The notes under the pieces: generated by a model
Seen by the model: the letters and a program-made list of their open reading frames with translations, nothing else
Database searches by the model: none
Told to the model about the DNA's origin: nothing
Translations under genes and position numbers: made by a program
Assembly (NCBI GenBank): GCA_049602795.1
Contig: JBMYRY010000001.1
Coordinates: 1-27,077, forward strand
Source: Bradymonadia bacterium
GTDB lineage: Bacteria; Myxococcota_A; Bradymonadia; UBA7976; UBA1532
Length of the DNA: 27,077 nt
Reading direction: 5' to 3'
Shown: piece after piece, positions 1 to 8,064 of the stretch
Layout of the letters: each line of letters starts with the position of its first letter
Numbering within the stretch: position 1 is the first letter of the stretch

Positions 1-252
1 GCGCTTCTACCAAGCTTAACGAGCTTTGGCATGGCCCTGGGATTCATTGTGAGCGGCGCGCTACTTACGGAAGTGGTGTTCTCGTATCCCGGGCAAGGCT
101 ACTTGCTCGTGAAGGCAGTGCTGGCTCAAGATTTCCCGCTCATGCAAGGTCTCTTTTTGGTCATTACGCTTTCCGTCTTGATCGCCAATCTTCTCGTGGA
201 TGTCCTCTACTGGTTTTTGGACCCAAGAACCCGGGAGGGCGCTACACAATGA
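1..252 (+). CDS. ABC transporter permease, DppB/OppB family (5'-truncated by the window edge)
   Basis: Frame is open from base 1 (ALLPSLTSFGMALGFIVSGALLTEVVFSYPGQG...QDFPLMQG...ANLLVDVLYWFLDPR). This matches the typical DppB C-terminus (E-x-VF-x-x-PG-x-G, D-x-P, LDPR). The stop overlaps the next ATG (ATGA). Confidence 0.93.
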   Translation, partial: ALLPSLTSFGMALGFIVSGALLTEVVFSYPGQGYLLVKAVLAQDFPLMQGLFLVITLSVLIANLLVDVLYWFLDPRTREGATQ

Positions 253-1142
253 GAGGATTTTGGGCCAACAAAAAAGCGCGCGTTGGATGCATCCTGGTTG
301 GCATGCTATGCCTGCTCACGGGCGCAGCGCATGTACTGATGGCATCGGATGCCGCATCATCGCAACACCATCCATCTCTGGTACCCCCAAGCTTGAACTA
401 TTGGTTTGGAACCACGATTCAAGGTCAGGATGTATTCGCCCAATTTATTCTGGGCGCAGCACCGACCATCTACTTCGCTGTAGTGATTGGCATCGGGGTC
501 ACAATCCTAAGTATTCTGATCGGCGTAACCGCCGGATTTGTAGGTGGTTGGGTCGACCACTTTCTGAGCCTGGTGATCAATATCTTTCTCCTCATTCCTG
601 GGTTGCCTCTGATGATTGTGCTGGCGGCTCTACTCCCAACTGGACCAGGCAGTATTGCTCTCGTCCTCATCGTGACGGGATGGCCATGGGGGGCACGCGT
701 CCTCCGTAGCCAAGCACTCACCCTGAGTCAACGTCCATTTATGGAAGCAGCAAGGCTATCTGGCGATGGGCGTCTGAGTCTAATCTTCATCCATCTTGTC
801 CCAAATATGGCCTCGCTCATCGGGACTTCATTCATTGGGGCAACAACATACGCAGTCGGTGCCCAGGTAGGTCTTGAGTTTCTCGGCTTTGGTGACCCGG
901 CTGCGGTCACTTGGGGCACGAATCTTTACTGGGCTACAAATGACCAATCACTGCTGACTGGCGCTTGGTGGACATTTTTGCCCACGGGACTCGGTATCGC
1001 CTTGTTTTCATTTGGACTTGTTCTGATGACCTTTGCACTTGATGAAATCACCAATCCCCTGTTGAGCACCCGAAGAGTCTTCAGGCGAGTCACCGGGAAT
1101 CGTCCCGATTTAGACACTGTGATTACGGAGGAAATGCCATGA
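249..1142 (+). CDS. ABC transporter permease, DppC/OppC family
   Basis: Motifs FGTTIQGQDVF, GxxAGFxGGxVD and the EAA loop (FMEAARLSG). Multiple hydrophobic segments. ATGA overlaps on both sides. Confidence 0.93.
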   Translation: MRGFWANKKARVGCILVGMLCLLTGAAHVLMASDAASSQHHPSLVPPSLNYWFGTTIQGQDVFAQFILGAAPTIYFAVVIGIGVTILSILIGVTAGFVGGWVDHFLSLVINIFLLIPGLPLMIVLAALLPTGPGSIALVLIVTGWPWGARVLRSQALTLSQRPFMEAARLSGDGRLSLIFIHLVPNMASLIGTSFIGATTYAVGAQVGLEFLGFGDPAAVTWGTNLYWATNDQSLLTGAWWTFLPTGLGIALFSFGLVLMTFALDEITNPLLSTRRVFRRVTGNRPDLDTVITEEMP

Positions 1143-1945
1143 ATATCCTCACCGTAGAACATCTGTCAGTGAAGTATGCAACAGCGCAAACCACAGTCAC
1201 GTCAGTTGATGATGTCAGTTTTCACATCAAGCCTGGAGAAACGCTGGGGCTTGCTGGTGAATCTGGATCAGGTAAGTCCACGGTCGCAAAAGCAATCATG
1301 CGGATCCTACAGGCTCCAGGTTTCATTGCTGGTGGTAGCGTTACTCTATGCGGCGAAGATCTTTTCCGCCTGCCATCCGAACACCTGAGGTCTCTTCGGT
1401 GGTCTGAAGTTGCTATGGTTTTCCAAAGTGCACTCGACAGTTTAAACCCAGTCATGCGCATTCGTAATCAGTTCGACGATCTGGCTCTTGCGAAGCGTAA
1501 TCAACGCTTCACACCCGATGAGCTCGGCGAGCTTCTTCGGCTTGTGGACCTTCCACCAACTGTCATGGATGCATACCCACATCAACTCTCTGGAGGTATG
1601 CGGCAAAGAGTCGGCATCGCGCTCGCCCTATCTCTCAAGCCTAAACTCCTCATTCTCGACGAACCGACCACCGCGCTTGATGTCGTCGTTCAACGCCACA
1701 TCCTTCGGAGACTGCTTGAAGCTCAAAAAACACTTGGCTTTGCGATTTTGTTTATTACGCATGACCTACCTGTGCTCATGGCAATTTCTCACAGAATTGC
1801 GATCATGAAGAATGGTCAACTCTGTGAGATTGATACGCCAGAACAACTAAGAAGCAACCCGGCACATCCCTATACACAGCAATTATTGAACTCAATGGGA
1901 TTACTCAAAACAGGTATCAAAGGCGCCGAGCGAGGGCACGAATGA
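1139..1945 (+). CDS. ABC transporter ATP-binding subunit, DppD/OppD family
   Basis: Walker A GESGSGKS, Q-loop MVFQ, signature YPHQLSGGMRQR, Walker B ILDEPT, H-loop ITHDL, and an HPYT motif. Confidence 0.95.
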   Translation: MNILTVEHLSVKYATAQTTVTSVDDVSFHIKPGETLGLAGESGSGKSTVAKAIMRILQAPGFIAGGSVTLCGEDLFRLPSEHLRSLRWSEVAMVFQSALDSLNPVMRIRNQFDDLALAKRNQRFTPDELGELLRLVDLPPTVMDAYPHQLSGGMRQRVGIALALSLKPKLLILDEPTTALDVVVQRHILRRLLEAQKTLGFAILFITHDLPVLMAISHRIAIMKNGQLCEIDTPEQLRSNPAHPYTQQLLNSMGLLKTGIKGAERGHE

Positions 1946-2769
1946 ACCAACTCATACTAGATGGATTGTCGAAGTCCTTTCGAGTCAACGGCCGAACACA
2001 TCAGGCAGTACACCCATTCGAATGTAGCCTCGATGCAGGTAAAATCGTCGCCATCGTGGGTGAGTCAGGTTCTGGCAAAAGCACCATCGCTAGAATGGTG
2101 GTCGGTCTTGAAACACCGGATACCGGTGGAGTGACCGTTAGCGACGGCTCTACATCCAGAAGACCAAAGCTGACAGACGTCCAAATGGTCTTTCAGGATC
2201 CATTTGCCTCGCTTAATCCGGTCCACACGGTGCATACGCACTTGGCACGCACGATACGCCGATTACGAACAGATATCATTGGGACCAAATCAATAAGCCA
2301 TGAGGTTCAACGATTGCTTGAGGTGGTGGAATTGAAACCCGTCGATGACTACATCGACCGATATCCAGGTTCACTGAGCGGTGGTCAACGTCAACGTGTA
2401 GCGATTGCGCGTGCCTTGGCACCTAAACCCGCATTCATCGTTGCCGACGAACCTACATCCATGCTCGACGTGTCGATCAGGAAAGACATTCTGAATCTAC
2501 TGTCCCAGCTTAAGGCTGAAAATGTGGGGATCATGCTCATTACTCACGATCTCTTAAGCGTCAAAAGCATTGCCGATCGGGTGTATGTCCTCAAGGACGG
2601 CGTCTGTGTCGAATCGGGACCCACGGAGCAGGTGCTTTCGAAACCATCACATCCATATACGCAGACGCTCTGTGCGGCTGTGCCCGACCCCGACGGTCAT
2701 TTCCTAAGGGACGAGGGCGAAAATTCAAATCAACATCAAGAACAAACACGTTCGACGCTGAACGTTTAG
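1942..2769 (+). CDS. ABC transporter ATP-binding subunit, DppF/OppF family
   Basis: Motifs GESGSGKS, MVFQDPFASLNP, LSGGQRQR, VADEPTSMLD, ITHDL and HPYT. Confidence 0.95.
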   Translation: MNQLILDGLSKSFRVNGRTHQAVHPFECSLDAGKIVAIVGESGSGKSTIARMVVGLETPDTGGVTVSDGSTSRRPKLTDVQMVFQDPFASLNPVHTVHTHLARTIRRLRTDIIGTKSISHEVQRLLEVVELKPVDDYIDRYPGSLSGGQRQRVAIARALAPKPAFIVADEPTSMLDVSIRKDILNLLSQLKAENVGIMLITHDLLSVKSIADRVYVLKDGVCVESGPTEQVLSKPSHPYTQTLCAAVPDPDGHFLRDEGENSNQHQEQTRSTLNV

Positions 2770-2780
2770 GGGTGAGAGAA

Positions 2781-4151
2781 ATGAAATATAAATTCCCAAA
2801 TGATTTTGTATGGGGCGTAGCAACCTCATCATTCCAAATTGAAGGTGCAACCCAAATCGACGGTAGAGGACCATCCATTTGGGACACCATGTGCGACGAA
2901 GCCGGACGCATCGCCGATGGCACCAATGGTCATATTGCCTGTGACCATTATCATCGATACGAGGAAGACGCTGACATCATGGCTAATTTAGGCATTCCAT
3001 CGTATCGCTTCTCGGTTGCTTGGCCACGCATCTTGCCAAATGGGGTTGGGCAGGTAAATGAGTCGGGGCTTGACTTTTACGACCGGCTCGTGGACGCACT
3101 CCTCAAACGAGGCATAGAGCCGTGTATGACGCTTTATCACTGGGACTTACCTCAAGCGCTTGAGGACCGTGGCGGTTGGACCGAGCGAATGATCGTGGAT
3201 GCTTTCGTGAACTATACCGATGTGGTGACGCGACGACTGGGCGACCGACTCGGTTCAATCATCACGCATAACGAACCGTGGTGCATTAGCGTTCTTGGAT
3301 ACGTCAATGGTGAACATGCTCCCGGCATCAAGCAAGACTGGAATAAAGCGCTTCGCTGTGCCCATCATTTGAACGTATCGCATGGAATGGCCATGCCCGT
3401 GATTAGACAGAATGCACCTAATGCACTGGCTGGAATCACCATCAACCTCTGCCCGAACGAACCTGCAAGTGACAGTGACGCAGACCGTGAAGCGACCCGA
3501 AAATTCGATGGTTTCTTTAATCGCTGGTACCTAGATCCCATCTTTAGAGGCACGTACCCACAAGATCGAATCGAAGACCTCGTTGCCGACGGGACCTTGA
3601 ACGAACCATCGTTAGATTTTGTTAAACCGGGAGATATGGACATCTGCAAGACACCTGTCGACTTCCTAGGGATTAATTATTACTCCCGCGCAGTCATTCG
3701 ATCAGATGCGGTCAAAGACGAAGAAAATGACCCCGTATTGCGCGTTCAAGACGGACCTCGAACAGATATGAACTGGGAAGTCCACCCGGAAAGCCTCGAG
3801 AGGCTTTTGGTTCGTTTGAAAGACGAGTACGCCCCTGAACGCATTATCATCACCGAAAATGGTGCAGCCTACCCCACCGGGGTTTCCGACGACGGCAAAG
3901 TACATGACCAAGAGCGCATCGACTATTTCCGTGGTCATCTCGTAAGTTGCGCCAAAGCCATTGAACAGGGTGTCCCACTCACCGGCTACTATGCATGGTC
4001 GTTAATGGACAACTTCGAATGGGCTTTTGGATACGAAAAGCGATTTGGTTTGGTGCACGTTGACTACGACACGCTTGTACGAACCCCGAAGGAAAGTGCG
4101 AAGTATTACGCGAGTGTCATCGCGCAGAATGAGGTCTCTGATGAAGAATAG
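2781..4151 (+). CDS. Glycoside hydrolase family 1 beta-glucosidase (no signal peptide, likely cytoplasmic)
   Basis: FPxDFVWGVATSSFQIEG N-terminal signature, YRFSVAWPRI, TLYHWDLPQ, acid/base THNEPW, nucleophile ITENG, and WSLMDNFEW...KRFGL. ATG at 2781 is preferred; in-frame GTG at 2772 is the alternative start. Confidence 0.96.
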   Translation: MKYKFPNDFVWGVATSSFQIEGATQIDGRGPSIWDTMCDEAGRIADGTNGHIACDHYHRYEEDADIMANLGIPSYRFSVAWPRILPNGVGQVNESGLDFYDRLVDALLKRGIEPCMTLYHWDLPQALEDRGGWTERMIVDAFVNYTDVVTRRLGDRLGSIITHNEPWCISVLGYVNGEHAPGIKQDWNKALRCAHHLNVSHGMAMPVIRQNAPNALAGITINLCPNEPASDSDADREATRKFDGFFNRWYLDPIFRGTYPQDRIEDLVADGTLNEPSLDFVKPGDMDICKTPVDFLGINYYSRAVIRSDAVKDEENDPVLRVQDGPRTDMNWEVHPESLERLLVRLKDEYAPERIIITENGAAYPTGVSDDGKVHDQERIDYFRGHLVSCAKAIEQGVPLTGYYAWSLMDNFEWAFGYEKRFGLVHVDYDTLVRTPKESAKYYASVIAQNEVSDEE

Positions 4152-7100
4152 GTTCGCGTTATTGGTGCTGTTTTTAGGCGCAATCGCCGCACAGAGCACG
4201 CCTGCGGTGGAGTTAAAACGCCTCCAACCCAATGATGCCAACCAGGCTCGTCTGCACGTCAAGCCCGTGACGGTGGTCGCAAACGAGAACGGTGCTCATT
4301 TAGAAGTAGATGGTACACCGTTTCTAGTTCGGGGCATGAACTGGGGCTATATGCCCATCGGGCAGAACTATAGTTATGACCTCTGGTCTAAAGATGAAGC
4401 GTTCATTACTACCGTTTTGCATCGCGAAATGGGTCAGCTAAAGGCGCTGGGCGTCAATGCCATCAGACTCTTTAGTGATGTCCCTCCCAAATGGGTGGAA
4501 TGGATGTACGACAAGTATGGCATTCGAGTGGCACTCAACCATTTGATGGGTCGTTACGGCTTCAATGTTCAAGGCGTTTGGGTCAGCAATATTGATTACG
4601 CGAACCCAACGCACCGCAAAGCGATTCTGGAAGACCTGGAAAAAAACATCAAACGCTACACCGGCACGCGCGGCGTCCTGATGTGGCTATTGGGCAACGA
4701 AAACAACTACGGATTGCACTGGACTTCCTTCGAAATCGAGCCCCTTCCCGGAGAGGAAGATAAGGTCCGTGCAAAACCGTTGTATACCCTAATGGAAGAA
4801 GCTGCGTCGCTGATCAAACGTCACGACACACTGCATCCCATCTCATTAACGAATGGCGACCTTCAATACCTAGACATCATCGTCAAGACCTGCCCGAGCG
4901 TAGATATCTTTGGCAGTAATGTGTACCGAGGCAAAAGTGCCCGCGACTTCTACAGCCGCATCTGGAAAAGCTTCAAGAAGCCAGCCATGTTTACAGAATT
5001 TGGCTCCGACGCATTTAACGCAAAAACCGGCAAGGAAGACGCATTGATGCAGGCTAAAATGCTGGAGCGCCAATGGCATGACATCTATGCAAACACCGAG
5101 CCCATTGGAGGGAGCCGAAATGCCATCGGCGGCTTCGTGTTTCAGTGGTCCGACGGCTGGTGGAAGTACAAACAAGAGGAAAACCTGGATGTACATGACA
5201 CCAATGCAAGCTGGCCGAATGGGGGCTATCCGGACTTTGTGGAAGGCTTCAACAATATGAATGAGGAGTGGTTTGGCATCAACGCGAAAAGCCGCCCTGA
5301 TGCTGATGGACACTACCAACTCTATCCAAGAACCGCGTATTTCACCCTGCAACACATCTGGCGCCTGGACCCGTATGCAGAGGGTACAACCATCGCGTCC
5401 GTGGACGAGCACTTCAATCAAGTCAACTTCGCCCAGTTCGATGCGACGTACACGACGATCTTGAACCAAAACCGGGTTGAAAAAATTGAAAAACTCAAAC
5501 TCAACACATTTCTCCTAAAACTATCGTCTAACTTCTCAACTCGGAATCCTGCCGCAGGAGGGAATGACCAACTCACCTTTGACCATACGGAGTCGTTCAC
5601 GGTGGGGTTTGAAGCCCGACCCACGGCAAGGTCTCGAGCAGACCTCAGCATCAATGTGGTGGGCAACGTCGCTCAGAACCGATTAAACCCAATTTTCTAC
5701 GAAAACCGTGGTGAAGAATTCACCGTGATTGATGTTGACGGCGAGCGCCAGCAAATGACCACCCTTGACCGACTCCGGGTGTATCAAAGTAGTTTTGAAA
5801 TCGAAGAGAAACAATTCGATCTCGAGGGCTATTATCGAACCGGTCACTACCACTGGGGTGATGAAGGTGACTTTTTCGGGCTTTACCGATTCGCTTTCTA
5901 CGGTGAAAACCTCGACATTTACGATGGGAATGCACCTTTCGGCGCCGTGTTTACTGGAAAGAAAAAAATGAAAGGGCTCAAGGTAGCGTTCGGTCCGGAG
6001 TTATACTGGGGCGCCAACCCAGCGGTGATCGCCAAGTATCGCAAGGCGCTATGGGGCACCACCTTAACTCTCATGCATCAGGAAGACCTGGCAAGCCGTG
6101 CAGATGTCACAACCAGCTCGGTGATCCCCGAACCACGGTCTCGAAAAACGACGGTCACAACCGAATGGGGCATTGGTAGTCTCAAACTACAAATTGGCGG
6201 TATCCTAGCCGGTACCCGTCGTTTAGGACGCACGTACTACGAAACTGAAAAGAGCGATGGACCGGGCTACCAGAATAGCGGCATTGATGTGTACTCGAAT
6301 ACCATTCAATGGGCTGACACCTGGGGTGTACGTGGACGACTCGATGGTGCGATCGGTCGAAGTTTGATCCACCTTCAAGCGTCATACATGGGCTTGGTCG
6401 CTGACGGCGGTCCCGATGCACGTGAAACCAACTTCACCCTTCGAGAGAGTGGGCGAGGCAACCACTATGCATTTGAAGCAGCAAGCTATTTTGCGCTTGG
6501 TCACTTCAGCTTCGGACCCAAGGGCATTTACCAAGTCCCACTCGTAGGTCCGATCGACCCAGTGGAAGGCGGAATCGACGCAGCCAATGGCATCTTTTAT
6601 CCGGCAGTTACACTCAGAAATGTCTTAGACGACCCATTTATTGTTAGAGAGAATCGGGAAACCATCGCCGGTCAATTCACCTTTGTTTACGATCCAACAC
6701 CAGCTACTTGGTTCTGGATGTGGGACCGAATTGACCGCGAAACAAGCCCGTTTGCAATGGCAATACGAAGTACGTATTGGCACCGGCCGACAGCACAGGA
6801 TGCGCGCGTCGCCATCTTTGCCAACGGTGTTCAAGGTCCATTCGGGAACAGTGTGCCCGCTCGAGACAGTTGGCGGACTGAGTTAGATTGGGTTGCAAAC
6901 TACAAAGGATTCCGTTTTTACGGTAATGGATTCATCGGTAAAGAGGACGCCTGGGGTGAAGCAACTCGACAAGTGTTTCACTTTGGGACGATGGCCGGGA
7001 TGAATCACCGCGGTACCTCGGCTCTCTTGGATGTTAGATTTAATGATTGGGGTCCGTACGACTATCACCGTGACTTTAACCTCACCTATCCATTTCAATT

Positions 7101-7278
7101 GCGCGGTGAACTTGCTTGGGGTCTCAAACCGAGCCGAGTCGGTCAAAATCGAACTCGCTTCGGGGTAAGAGGTATTTATCGTCAGTTGGACGTGTACTCA
7201 GAGGGCTACTCGGATCCGCTGTCCGAATCGCTAGGCATTGAATCTGAAATTCAAACCTTCATGGAGTTTGCGCTATGA
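4141..7278 (+). CDS. Secreted clan GH-A-like (GH2 TIM-barrel-like) glycoside hydrolase fused to a predicted C-terminal outer-membrane beta-barrel, 1045 aa
   Basis: Start re-called at ATG 4141, which gives the signal peptide MKNRFALLVLFLGAIAAQSTPA and an 11-nt overlap with the GH1 stop. The N-terminal half has VDGTPFLVRGMN, LGVNAIRLF, acid/base-like LLGNE (4693-4701) and nucleophile-like FTEFG (4993-5004). The C-terminal ~590 aa contains many short amphipathic, aromatic-rich strands. The barrel is inferred, not proven. Confidence 0.8.
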   Translation: MKNRFALLVLFLGAIAAQSTPAVELKRLQPNDANQARLHVKPVTVVANENGAHLEVDGTPFLVRGMNWGYMPIGQNYSYDLWSKDEAFITTVLHREMGQLKALGVNAIRLFSDVPPKWVEWMYDKYGIRVALNHLMGRYGFNVQGVWVSNIDYANPTHRKAILEDLEKNIKRYTGTRGVLMWLLGNENNYGLHWTSFEIEPLPGEEDKVRAKPLYTLMEEAASLIKRHDTLHPISLTNGDLQYLDIIVKTCPSVDIFGSNVYRGKSARDFYSRIWKSFKKPAMFTEFGSDAFNAKTGKEDALMQAKMLERQWHDIYANTEPIGGSRNAIGGFVFQWSDGWWKYKQEENLDVHDTNASWPNGGYPDFVEGFNNMNEEWFGINAKSRPDADGHYQLYPRTAYFTLQHIWRLDPYAEGTTIASVDEHFNQVNFAQFDATYTTILNQNRVEKIEKLKLNTFLLKLSSNFSTRNPAAGGNDQLTFDHTESFTVGFEARPTARSRADLSINVVGNVAQNRLNPIFYENRGEEFTVIDVDGERQQMTTLDRLRVYQSSFEIEEKQFDLEGYYRTGHYHWGDEGDFFGLYRFAFYGENLDIYDGNAPFGAVFTGKKKMKGLKVAFGPELYWGANPAVIAKYRKALWGTTLTLMHQEDLASRADVTTSSVIPEPRSRKTTVTTEWGIGSLKLQIGGILAGTRRLGRTYYETEKSDGPGYQNSGIDVYSNTIQWADTWGVRGRLDGAIGRSLIHLQASYMGLVADGGPDARETNFTLRESGRGNHYAFEAASYFALGHFSFGPKGIYQVPLVGPIDPVEGGIDAANGIFYPAVTLRNVLDDPFIVRENRETIAGQFTFVYDPTPATWFWMWDRIDRETSPFAMAIRSTYWHRPTAQDARVAIFANGVQGPFGNSVPARDSWRTELDWVANYKGFRFYGNGFIGKEDAWGEATRQVFHFGTMAGMNHRGTSALLDVRFNDWGPYDYHRDFNLTYPFQLRGELAWGLKPSRVGQNRTRFGVRGIYRQLDVYSEGYSDPLSESLGIESEIQTFMEFAL

Positions 7279-7757
7279 GAAGTTATCTTACCCTCGTGTT
7301 GTTGTGTGTCATCAGTTGTGGGGATCCTTCGGAGCCTCTCCTTGGTACTCCCATTGATCGTAGTCCTTTTGACCCGATAGACCAAACCGCAGGGATCCAT
7401 CCGAGCACGTCGGTGTTGACCGATCCAGCAAACCTTTATCGTAATCGACCACCAACTGAAGATGCGAAGTGGGATGTGCAATCACTAGGGGATCCGAAAT
7501 TGGCATTCTACGCGTTCGCCAGCGCCCTAACCCGAGTACCAACGGGGGAAAACCAATATTATGTAGGGATCAATCTTAAGCGTATGTCCGATCTCAATCT
7601 CGTGGCACCAGGTAAGGAGACCATGGTCCGAAACATGGCCATCAGAGCTTTTGAAACAGTCATTGAACAATTCCCCAACGATTTGACGTACGAGGCTGAC
7701 GGAGAAACGAGCTATAACGTAGCCGACTTCGCTCGAGACCAACTAACAAAGTTCTAG
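7275..7757 (+). CDS. Uncharacterised lipoprotein, last gene of the glycan operon
   Basis: Signal peptide II with lipobox (MRSYLTLVLLCVIS-C) and an ATGA overlap with the upstream gene. No recognised family. Confidence 0.8.
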   Translation: MRSYLTLVLLCVISCGDPSEPLLGTPIDRSPFDPIDQTAGIHPSTSVLTDPANLYRNRPPTEDAKWDVQSLGDPKLAFYAFASALTRVPTGENQYYVGINLKRMSDLNLVAPGKETMVRNMAIRAFETVIEQFPNDLTYEADGETSYNVADFARDQLTKF

Positions 7758-8064
7758 GTAGCCTCGTCATCCATAAACATGCCAGCCAACGTGTGAGAGA
7801 TTGATACCGACCTTGGCAACCCAGCCCGCTTGGTGCCGCTCAATGATGAAAAAGTGATGCCGTTCTCAATGACCGTCGCGTGAACCTCAACCTGTCATGC
7901 ACGGCTTACCTCAATCACAATTAATCACCGCTGTTGATGTTCGCTGCCACGGTTCTAAACACCACAGCTATGTCCGAGATGTCGGTTGTGATTGTAAAAA
8001 AAATGTCACCGATTTAGATTTTCATTTCGACCATAAATGACCGATCGGCAAGGACCCCAACGCT

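Noticed and set aside
4027-4140. ORF-track N-terminal extension of the 1083-aa ORF
   Set aside because: It overlaps the GH1 C-terminus by 125 nt and buries the signal peptide. ATG 4141 gives a clean signal peptide and a typical short overlap.
4870-5469. 199-aa minus-strand ORF and other antisense ORFs inside long genes
   Set aside because: They lie wholly within well-supported genes on the opposite strand and show no family motifs.
7755-7895. Short open stretch on the minus strand between the lipoprotein and proA (VEVHATVIENG...DDEAT)
   Set aside because: It is under 50 codons, has no start codon after the upstream stop, and has no recognisable motif.
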